From NCBI GenBank assembly GCA_036273515.1, contig DASUHM010000044.1, positions 384-64,383 of the forward strand: a DNA stretch of 64,000 nt, read 5' to 3'. Each line of letters opens with the position of its first letter. Position 1 is the stretch's first letter. Below the pieces are notes generated by a model. It searched no databases. It was not told the origin of the DNA and saw only the letters and a program-made list of their open reading frames with translations. Below are positions 36,436 through 43,534 of the stretch, in pieces. Origin of the DNA: Gaiellales bacterium. GTDB lineage: Bacteria > Actinomycetota > Thermoleophilia > Gaiellales > JAICJC01. The translations under genes and the position numbers were made by a program.

Positions 36436-37362
36436 TCAGGCGACCCCGAGCATCTTCCGGAGCAGGGCGCCGAGCTCATCCAGGGCGTGGCGGCCGCCCA
36501 CGGCGCCCGCGATGCGGTCATCGATCTCGGCCAGAGCGCCGCGCGCATGCTCGAGCGCGGCCGTTCCCTGTGCGGTCGGGGCGATGATGTAGGAGCGGCG
36601 GTCGAGCGCGTTCTGGCGGCGTTCGGCCAGACCGTGCTCCTCGAGCGCGTCGACCAGCTCGACGATGATCGTGCCGCTCACCCCGAGCTCGCGCGCGAGC
36701 GACTGCTGCGACCCAGGTGTGTGGGCGCAGATGGCGAGAGCGCCGAAGTGGCGAGCCTGGATCCCGAGCGGTTCGAGCGCGCGCTCGAACTCCGTTCGCA
36801 GGCGTAGGTGCGAGCGGGCGAGCAGGAACCCGGGTCGGTCCATCAGCGACGTCGGTGGCCCGGTGTCGTCGAAGCCGGCGAGCAGCCCTTGCAGCAGCTC
36901 GTTCAGACGCGCCCGCTCGTCCATGGACAGACGCCCCAGGAACGCACCTTCGCACTCGCGCAGGACCGGGCCGAAACGGGCCAGGGCCTCCGTTCCGGTC
37001 GGCGTCACGACCAGCTGGTAGGCACGCCGGTCGGCCGGGTCGCGCCGCCGCTCGACGAGCCCCTTCGCCTCGAGGGCGTCGACGATGCCGACCATGGTGG
37101 TCCGGCCCAGGTCGAGCCGTGCGCCCAGCTCGCCCTGCGAGATCGGCCCATCGTCGATCGCACGTAGGACGACCAGCAGCCGCGGGTGCAGCTCGCCGCG
37201 GAGCGCGGCGACCGCGGTCCGCTGCGCGTGCATGAACGCTGCGAAGACCAGGAACCCCACGTGCGGGGCGAGGGCGGGCGGTACCCGCGTCGGCCCCTCG
37301 ACCCCGCTCTCCGGCCCGGCAAATGATCCATACCCAGGATTATCAACCTTGTTGACGTTCAT
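36436..37362 (-). CDS. tandem (two-domain) MarR-family transcriptional regulator
   Basis: Two complete MarR winged-helix units in one 308-aa chain: 'ISQGELGARLDLGRTTMVGIVDALEAKGLVERRRDPADRRAY' and 'GSQQSLARELGVSGTIIVELVDALEEHGLAERRQNALDRRSY'. Start ATG 37362. The upstream 376 codons of the track ORF are an antisense shadow of the MMPL gene. Confidence 0.8.
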   Translation of the reverse strand: MNVNKVDNPGYGSFAGPESGVEGPTRVPPALAPHVGFLVFAAFMHAQRTAVAALRGELHPRLLVVLRAIDDGPISQGELGARLDLGRTTMVGIVDALEAKGLVERRRDPADRRAYQLVVTPTGTEALARFGPVLRECEGAFLGRLSMDERARLNELLQGLLAGFDDTGPPTSLMDRPGFLLARSHLRLRTEFERALEPLGIQARHFGALAICAHTPGSQQSLARELGVSGTIIVELVDALEEHGLAERRQNALDRRSYIIAPTAQGTAALEHARGALAEIDDRIAGAVGGRHALDELGALLRKMLGVA

Positions 37363-37389
37363 ACTGGCTGATGGTAGTCTACGCGACTC

Positions 37390-39555
37390 ATGCTGCGGGG
37401 GATCGGCAAGATCATGCTTCGCCACCGCAAGGTGGTGGTCGCCATCTGGGTGGCGCTCACGATATTCGGGGCGTTCGCGGCACCGCGGGCGACGAACCGC
37501 TTCCTGACGACGTTCTCCATCCCAGGGTCGTCGTCCTACCAGGCCAATCAGCAGATCGTGAAGACGTTCGGGAACGGCGACCAGCCGCCGCTCGTCCTCG
37601 TCTTCCACGACCCGTCCGCGGACGTGACCAAGGTACCGGGAATCGCGCGTGCGGTCGCGGCGGCAAAGCACGTGAACCCGGGCGCCCGGGTCAGCTCGTA
37701 CTTCACGACCCACTCGAACGCCTACGTCTCGGCCGACGGGCACACGACGTTCGTCGAGCTGTACCCGGCCGGGGCGAACGGCTTCGGGTCGGGCGGCACC
37801 GTCGACGCAACCCAGCGCGCCATCGCGAGCGCCGCCCCGGCGGGCGTGCGCGCCGACGTCACCGGCACGACCGCGCTCGAGCTGGCGGCGGGCAACGGCG
37901 ACACCGGCGGACCGAGCATCCTGGTCGAGACGGCGGTCGGCGCACTCGGCGCGCTGATCATCCTGCTGTTCGTCTTCGGGACGCTGCCGGCCGTGATGAT
38001 GCCCTTGCTCGTCGCCGCCGCGTCGATCCTCAACACCTTCACGGTGCTGTGGGTGCTCACGTACGTCACCGACGTGTCGGTGATCGTCGAGTTCCTCGTC
38101 GCCCTCGTGGGCCTGGGCATCGCGATCGACTATTCGCTGCTCTACATCTTCCGCTTCCGCGAGGAGCTGGCCAAGGGCGAGTCGGTCGAGCAGGCCACCC
38201 TCGAGACCATGGAACACGCGGGCCGCTCGATCATCGTCTCGGGCTCGACGGTGGGCATCGGCCTGCTCAGCATGATCATCCTGCCGATCCCGTTCATCCG
38301 CTCCATCGGCGTCGGCGGCCTCCTGATCCCCACCGTCTCCGTGATCGCCGCCCTGACCCTGTTGCCCGCGATGCTCTCGATCATCGGCCCGGGCATCAAC
38401 CGCGTCCGCGTGCTGCCGCGCCGGTTCGTCAGCGGCGGCGACCCCGACCGTGGCCCATGGGGCAGCTGGGCACGCCTCGTCACACGGCACGCCGCGCTGA
38501 TGGCCGGGATCGGGCTCGCCATCGTGGCGATCCTGCTCGTGCCTGCCGCTCAGCTGAACCCCGGCGACGCCCTCGCCAAGGACCAGCCCGGAGCCGGCCC
38601 CGCGATCGTCGGTCGCGACACGCTCGCGGCCTCGGGCATCACACCCGGGGCCATCGACCCGTTCGTGATCACGGCTCGTGGGGTGACCCAGGCCCAGCGC
38701 CGCCAGGCCGCCGCGGCGGTCGCTGCCACCGGCGGCATCGCCGGGGCGGCGGCGCCCGACGGCTGGTCTCGCAACGGCCTCTCGCTGATCGAGGCGTTCC
38801 CGACCGGCGACTCAGCGGGCAGCCCGGCATACGACACGATCGGCCACCTCGAGGACACCGCCCTCCCCGGAATCGAGCGCCGGCTGGGCGGCGGCGCACA
38901 GCTGCGGATGGCCGGTGACGAGCCGCAGAGCCGTGACTTCAGCCGCACCGTGTACGGCAACTTCCCCTACATGCTCGCGTTCGTGGTCGTCCTGACCTAC
39001 GTGCTGCTCGCTCGCGCGTTCCGCTCGCTGGTGCTCCCGCTGAAGGCCGTGCTCCTGAACCTGGTGTCGCTCGGCGCGGCCTACGGCATCATCGTCTTCA
39101 TCTTCCAGCAGGGCCACGGCAGCCAGACGATCTGGGGCGTGCCCGGCACCGGCGTCGTCATCTCCTGGATCCCACTCATGATCTTCGCGTTCCTGTACGG
39201 GATCTCGATGGACTACGAGGTGTTCATGCTCACGCGCATGCGGGAGGTCTACGACGAGACCGGCGACACGAACCGCGCCATCGAGATCGGCCTCGAGCGC
39301 ACCGGCAAGCTCGTGACGAGCGCCGCGCTGATCCTCATGTTCGCGTTCCTCGTCCTCTCGAGCAGCCCAGGGCTCGACATCAAGCAGTTCGGCATCGGGC
39401 TGGCGGCCGGGATCATCTTCGACGCGACCGTCATCCGCGCGCTCCTCGTTCCATCGATCATGAAGCTCATGGGCCGCTGGAACTGGTGGCTACCCCACCC
39501 CGCCGCGCGGGTCCTGCTCGTCCCGCCCAGCACGCCGATCCCCGAGGGCGAGTAG
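37390..39555 (+). CDS. MMPL-family (RND superfamily) membrane transporter
   Basis: 721 aa with a 12-TM two-module layout. 'GIAIDYSLLYIFRFREEL' and 'YGISMDYEVFMLTRMRE' are the duplicated MMPL motifs. Confidence 0.9.
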   Translation: MLRGIGKIMLRHRKVVVAIWVALTIFGAFAAPRATNRFLTTFSIPGSSSYQANQQIVKTFGNGDQPPLVLVFHDPSADVTKVPGIARAVAAAKHVNPGARVSSYFTTHSNAYVSADGHTTFVELYPAGANGFGSGGTVDATQRAIASAAPAGVRADVTGTTALELAAGNGDTGGPSILVETAVGALGALIILLFVFGTLPAVMMPLLVAAASILNTFTVLWVLTYVTDVSVIVEFLVALVGLGIAIDYSLLYIFRFREELAKGESVEQATLETMEHAGRSIIVSGSTVGIGLLSMIILPIPFIRSIGVGGLLIPTVSVIAALTLLPAMLSIIGPGINRVRVLPRRFVSGGDPDRGPWGSWARLVTRHAALMAGIGLAIVAILLVPAAQLNPGDALAKDQPGAGPAIVGRDTLAASGITPGAIDPFVITARGVTQAQRRQAAAAVAATGGIAGAAAPDGWSRNGLSLIEAFPTGDSAGSPAYDTIGHLEDTALPGIERRLGGGAQLRMAGDEPQSRDFSRTVYGNFPYMLAFVVVLTYVLLARAFRSLVLPLKAVLLNLVSLGAAYGIIVFIFQQGHGSQTIWGVPGTGVVISWIPLMIFAFLYGISMDYEVFMLTRMREVYDETGDTNRAIEIGLERTGKLVTSAALILMFAFLVLSSSPGLDIKQFGIGLAAGIIFDATVIRALLVPSIMKLMGRWNWWLPHPAARVLLVPPSTPIPEGE

Positions 39556-39605
39556 GCGCGAGGACGTTCGTCCCGCCGGCGGCGGTGTCGTAGAGTCGCG
39601 GGACC

Positions 39606-41057
39606 ATGTCCCACGTGAAGGTGGCGGTTCGAAGCGACGCCGGCGCGACGGCGCTCGTGGCCGGCGTGATCCCGCCGTTCGCGTCGGCGGCGGGCATCTC
39701 GGACACGGACGCCCGACGCCTGGGGGCGGTCGTCGAGGCGCTGGTCGGCTTCACCCTCGATCACGCGTACCCGAGCGATCCGTGGGGCGAGATCGAGGTG
39801 ACGCTGGAGGCGGGTGACGGCGTCACATCCATCGACGTCCACGACTGGGGGCTGCCGCTCACCTCCGCCGGCGGCGAGCTGGGGCCGCTCCCGTCACAGC
39901 TGGCATCGTTGGCGGTCGACGTCGACGACCTCGGGCTGATCAACCTGGGCGGCGACGGGAAGCGCGTGACGGCTCACCTCCGGACCGCCACCACCGCACC
40001 GGCGGCGGATCCGCCACCGCCGCGACACGAGCGCGTCTCACACGCCGCTGCCGCCGACCTCCGCGACGCCATCCAGATCCGCGAGGCGGGCGCGCATGAC
40101 GCCGAGGCGATCGCCCGGCTCCTGTACGAGAACTACCACCTGAGCTATGTGCATCCGGACTTCTACCGGCCCCGCTTCCTCGCCGGCGAGCTGACCGCGG
40201 GTCGGCTCCGGTCGACCATTGCCGTCCATGACGGAGACGTGATCGGACACCACGCGATCATGACCGCGCGCGAGGCGCCGTCGGCCGAGACCGGCGCAGC
40301 GGTCGTCCACACCGCCTACCGGGGCCTCGGCATCTTCGGCCGGATGTTCCCGCATACGGTCGACCGAGCCCGCGGGCTCGGCCTGGCGGCGATCTACGGC
40401 GACGCCGTCACGATGCATCCGTTCAGCCAGCGCGCCGAGCACGCCCACGGCTACCGGCCCTCCGCACTGATGCTGGGGATGGTCCCGGCCGCGGTGACCA
40501 TGCGAAGCGTCGAGGCCGGCCATCCCGAACGCCGGACCGCGGTCGTCCGCTCCTATCTGCTCTTCGACCGTGCCCGGCGCCCGGTCACGCTCCCCGAGAG
40601 GTACGAGGGGCCGCTCGCCGCCCTGTACGACGAGCTGCTTTTGGAGCGGGCGCCGGCGGTCGAGATGGACGCAGACGGCGACGCCGTCACGAGTGAGGAC
40701 GACTCAATGCGCGGCCTCGCCTTCCTCCGCGTCCGCCGCTGGCATCCCGGCGCAGGGGACGCCCTCGTGCACACGGTGCGGCACCTGCTCTCCCGCCACG
40801 CCGACCTGCTCTACGCCGATGTGGATCTGCACGCGATCGGCGACCCCGGCGCCGCCGTCTCGTGCCTGAACGATCTCGGCTTCTTCCTGGCGGGTCTTGT
40901 CCTGCACGGCTTCGAGGGCCACGACCACCTGCGACTCCAGCGGCTGAACTCCGAGCAGGTGGAGCTCGAGACCATCGTCTGTGCCTCTCCGGCGTCTGAG
41001 CGCCTCAAGCAGCAGGTGCTGGACGACCGGCTACGAGTGGAACCGTCGCCGTCCTGA
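39606..41057 (+). CDS. fusion protein: anti-sigma-factor-kinase-like HATPase (RsbW/SpoIIAB type) + GNAT acetyltransferase + uncharacterised C-terminal domain
   Basis: The N-terminal ~125 aa read 'LGAVVEALVGFTLDHAY...IEVTLEAGDGVTSIDVHDWGLP...LINLGGDGKRVTAHL' (HATPase_c_2 pattern). The central region 'IQIREAGAHDAEAIARLL...AVVHTAYRGLGIFGRMF' is a GNAT acetyl-CoA-binding region. The last ~170 aa have no motif I recognise. Confidence 0.65.
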   Translation: MSHVKVAVRSDAGATALVAGVIPPFASAAGISDTDARRLGAVVEALVGFTLDHAYPSDPWGEIEVTLEAGDGVTSIDVHDWGLPLTSAGGELGPLPSQLASLAVDVDDLGLINLGGDGKRVTAHLRTATTAPAADPPPPRHERVSHAAAADLRDAIQIREAGAHDAEAIARLLYENYHLSYVHPDFYRPRFLAGELTAGRLRSTIAVHDGDVIGHHAIMTAREAPSAETGAAVVHTAYRGLGIFGRMFPHTVDRARGLGLAAIYGDAVTMHPFSQRAEHAHGYRPSALMLGMVPAAVTMRSVEAGHPERRTAVVRSYLLFDRARRPVTLPERYEGPLAALYDELLLERAPAVEMDADGDAVTSEDDSMRGLAFLRVRRWHPGAGDALVHTVRHLLSRHADLLYADVDLHAIGDPGAAVSCLNDLGFFLAGLVLHGFEGHDHLRLQRLNSEQVELETIVCASPASERLKQQVLDDRLRVEPSPS

Positions 41058-41091
41058 CTGCGGATTCTCGCCTGAGCCGCTGCCGGCGCCC

Positions 41092-41112
41092 GGCCGCACG
41101 CGGCGTGCGGCC
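41092..41112. terminator. perfect 9-bp GC hairpin between convergent genes
   Basis: GGCCGCACG-CGG-CGTGCGGCC lies between the stops at 41057 (+) and 41136 (-). Confidence 0.5.
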
Positions 41113-41135
41113 GAGCGCCGAGCCTCTTCTCCCGC

Positions 41136-42371
41136 TCAGGCGGCGATGCGCTTCTTGCCCTTGAGCATGTCGTGCGGGTCGAGCACGAACTTCTTGGCGA
41201 CGCCCTTGTCGAAGTCCTGGTAGCCGCCGGGTGCCTCGTCGAGCGAGATGACGGTGGCGTTCACGGCCTTGGCGATCTGGCAGCGGTCGGCAAGGATCGC
41301 GTTCATCAGCTTGCGGTGATAGCGCATGACCGGGCACTGACCGGTCGTGAACGAGTGCGACTTCGCCCAGCCGAGGCCGATCCTGATCGACAGGCTGCCC
41401 TGCTTCGCGGCCTCGTCCTTCGCGCCCGGATCACCGGTCACGTAGAGCCCCGGGATGCCGAGCTTGCCGGCCTGGCGGGTGACCTCCATGACCGAGTTCA
41501 GCACCGTCGCCGGCGCCTCCTCGGCGTCCTGGCCGTGCCCGCGCGCCTCGAAGCCCACAGCGTCCACCGCGGCATCCACCATCGGCTCGCCGACGATCCC
41601 GTCGATCTGATCGGTCAGCGAAGCGTCCTTGGTCAGGTCGACCGTCTCGCAGCCGAAGCTCTTCGCCTGCTTGAGCCGGTCGGCGTTCATGTCGCCGACG
41701 ATCACGACCGCCGCGCCCAGCAGCTGGGCGGAGTGCGCCGCCGCCAGCCCGACCGGCCCGGCGCCGGCGACGTACACCGTCGACCCAGTGGTGACCCCGG
41801 CCGAGACGCAGCCGTGGTAGCCGGTCGGGAAGATGTCGGAGAGCATCGTCAGGTCGAGGATCTTCTCGAGCGCCTGCTCCTTGTCGGGAAACCTGAGCAG
41901 ATTCCAGTCCGCATACGGCACCAGCACATACTCCGCCTGGCCGCCGACCCAGCCACCCATGTCCACATAGCCGTAGGCCGAGCCATAGCCGGCCGGGTTC
42001 ACGTTCAGGCACACGCCCGTGTTGCCCTCCTTGCACATGCGGCAGCGACCGCAGGCGATGTTGAACGGCACGGACACCAGGTCGCCCTTCTTGATGAACT
42101 CGACTCCCGGGCCGGCCTCGACCACCTCGCCGGTGATCTCGTGGCCGAGGATCAGCCCGGCCGGCGCGGTCGTGCGGCCTCGCACCATGTGCTGGTCGGA
42201 GCCGCAGATGTTGGTCGCCACGATCTTGATGATCGCGCCGTGCGGCGTCTTGCGACCCACGTTGTCCGGGTGAACGCCCGGCCCGTCCTGCAGCTCGAGC
42301 TTCGGATAGTCGATCGTCTGCACCTCGACCTTCCCCGGCTCGATGTATGCAACCGCCTTGTTGCCGGACAT
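41136..42371 (-). CDS. fdhA: glutathione-independent formaldehyde dehydrogenase (Zn-dependent MDR family)
   Basis: 'NICGSDQHMVRG', 'GHEITGEV', structural-Zn 'CGRCRMCKEGNTGVC', NAD motif 'GAGPVGLAAA'. The length and the 'GYGSAYGYVDMGGWVGGQAEY' insert match the Pseudomonas putida FdhA type. GAGGAGG RBS. Confidence 0.85.
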   Translation of the reverse strand: MSGNKAVAYIEPGKVEVQTIDYPKLELQDGPGVHPDNVGRKTPHGAIIKIVATNICGSDQHMVRGRTTAPAGLILGHEITGEVVEAGPGVEFIKKGDLVSVPFNIACGRCRMCKEGNTGVCLNVNPAGYGSAYGYVDMGGWVGGQAEYVLVPYADWNLLRFPDKEQALEKILDLTMLSDIFPTGYHGCVSAGVTTGSTVYVAGAGPVGLAAAHSAQLLGAAVVIVGDMNADRLKQAKSFGCETVDLTKDASLTDQIDGIVGEPMVDAAVDAVGFEARGHGQDAEEAPATVLNSVMEVTRQAGKLGIPGLYVTGDPGAKDEAAKQGSLSIRIGLGWAKSHSFTTGQCPVMRYHRKLMNAILADRCQIAKAVNATVISLDEAPGGYQDFDKGVAKKFVLDPHDMLKGKKRIAA

Positions 42372-42475
42372 CTCGGGTCCTCCTCTCGTCGATTTCCCTT
42401 CCCCGGGCGCATGCCCGGCGACGCGGGGCGGGAAACCACTCGCCGTCCGCCCGGCCTGCGACGATCGAGAGCAGC

Positions 42476-42658
42476 ATGGGAACGCCGATCGAGGATCCGG
42501 GCGACTCCGACATGGGGCGGCGCATGGACGAGATCCGGCTCAAGCAGATGCTCGGCGGCAAGCTCACCGACCAGGAGCTGATGTGCCTCCAGATCGAGGC
42601 CAACGGCTTCGGCTGCGGGAGCTGCCCGAGCCGGGAGCCGCCCAGCTCGGCCGTCTAG
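42476..42658 (+). CDS. small hypothetical protein with a C-terminal 'GFGCGSCPS' motif (44-60 aa depending on start)
   Basis: Third-position GC bias is strong from 42476 to the stop and absent from the upstream part of ORF 42347..42658. Alternative starts lie at 42512 and 42524. No strong RBS. No family recognised. Confidence 0.45.
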   Translation: MGTPIEDPGDSDMGRRMDEIRLKQMLGGKLTDQELMCLQIEANGFGCGSCPSREPPSSAV

Positions 42659-42889
42659 CCTTGTCGCGCTCGGGACGAGGTCCGAGAATCGCCGCCGAGG
42701 CGTCGAAACCGGCCGCGCCAGTTCCTCTCACCCTGGGAGCGGCCCGTGCTGTCCACGCATCAAAGATCGTTGCCCGGCGCGCATGCGCGGCGTAAGGCGA
42801 TCAAGCGGTGCTAACCGGCGCTCGAGCCGGCGCACGACCCGATCTGACCTGCGGAACTCTCGGCTCCGGTCTGCCGTCTGACTCTCAGG

Positions 42890-43534
42890 ATGGGCAGGAT
42901 GGCGGGGATCACGACGCTCACGGCGGCCCTGGCCCTCGTTGGCTCCGGCTGCGGTGGGAGCTCGGGCGCCACGGCGCTGAAGGTCGCGTTCGGCCCCGAC
43001 GACGGCAGCCGGGGATTGGTCGTCTTCCACGTTCGCTGCGATCCGCCCGGAGGGTCGATCCCCGCACCGGCCGCGGCCTGCGCGCGGATCACGAGCCGGC
43101 CGCGGCTCGTGACTCCCCCGCCCTCCAACTCCACGTGCAGCCCCGGCATCGGCCAGTGGGCGGTCTCGATCACCGGGAGCTACCGCGGCCAGGCGGTCCG
43201 GCAGCACTTCGGGGCCTGTGACAACCAGGTGTTCGCCTGGATGAGACTCGCGCGCTACCGGCCGTGCCCGGACAACTTCATGGACTTCGCAAACCCGTGC
43301 GACCACGGCCCGTACGCCTTCGGCAAGGCTCACATGCGAGGGGTGTTCCCGAACGTCCCCAGGGTGGTGGGCATGACGGCCGCCGCCGCCCGCCGCGTCC
43401 TCCGGCGCCAGGGCCTGGAGGCGCGGTTCATCCCCGCGTTCACGGCGAGGCGCCGGGTGATCCGGCAGTCGCCCCGGCCGCGCACCTCGGCCAGGGTCTA
43501 CGCCCTCGTCACCCTCCGGATCGCCGGCTCCTGA
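42890..43534 (+). CDS. lipoprotein with a subtilisin-inhibitor-like (SSI) domain and a C-terminal PASTA domain
   Basis: Lipobox 'LVGSGC'. Four Cys residues with SSI-like spacing ('RCDPPGGSIPAPAAAC...STCSPG...FGACD'). PASTA-like 'VPRVVGMTAAAARRVLRRQGLEARF...RVIRQSPRP...VTLRIA'. Confidence 0.6.
   Translation: MGRMAGITTLTAALALVGSGCGGSSGATALKVAFGPDDGSRGLVVFHVRCDPPGGSIPAPAAACARITSRPRLVTPPPSNSTCSPGIGQWAVSITGSYRGQAVRQHFGACDNQVFAWMRLARYRPCPDNFMDFANPCDHGPYAFGKAHMRGVFPNVPRVVGMTAAAARRVLRRQGLEARFIPAFTARRRVIRQSPRPRTSARVYALVTLRIAGS

Noticed and set aside
36436-38490. 684-aa ORF as a single protein
   Set aside because: Only the C-terminal 308 aa (from ATG 37362) form the tandem MarR. The N-terminal 376 codons run antisense through the MMPL gene and are Asp/Arg/Gly-rich with no motifs.
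42476-42658. RiPP precursor interpretation of the small Cys-containing ORF
   Set aside because: No radical-SAM, cyclodehydratase, lanthipeptide synthetase, peptidase or exporter genes are nearby. The C-terminus does not resemble the mycofactocin precursor type either.
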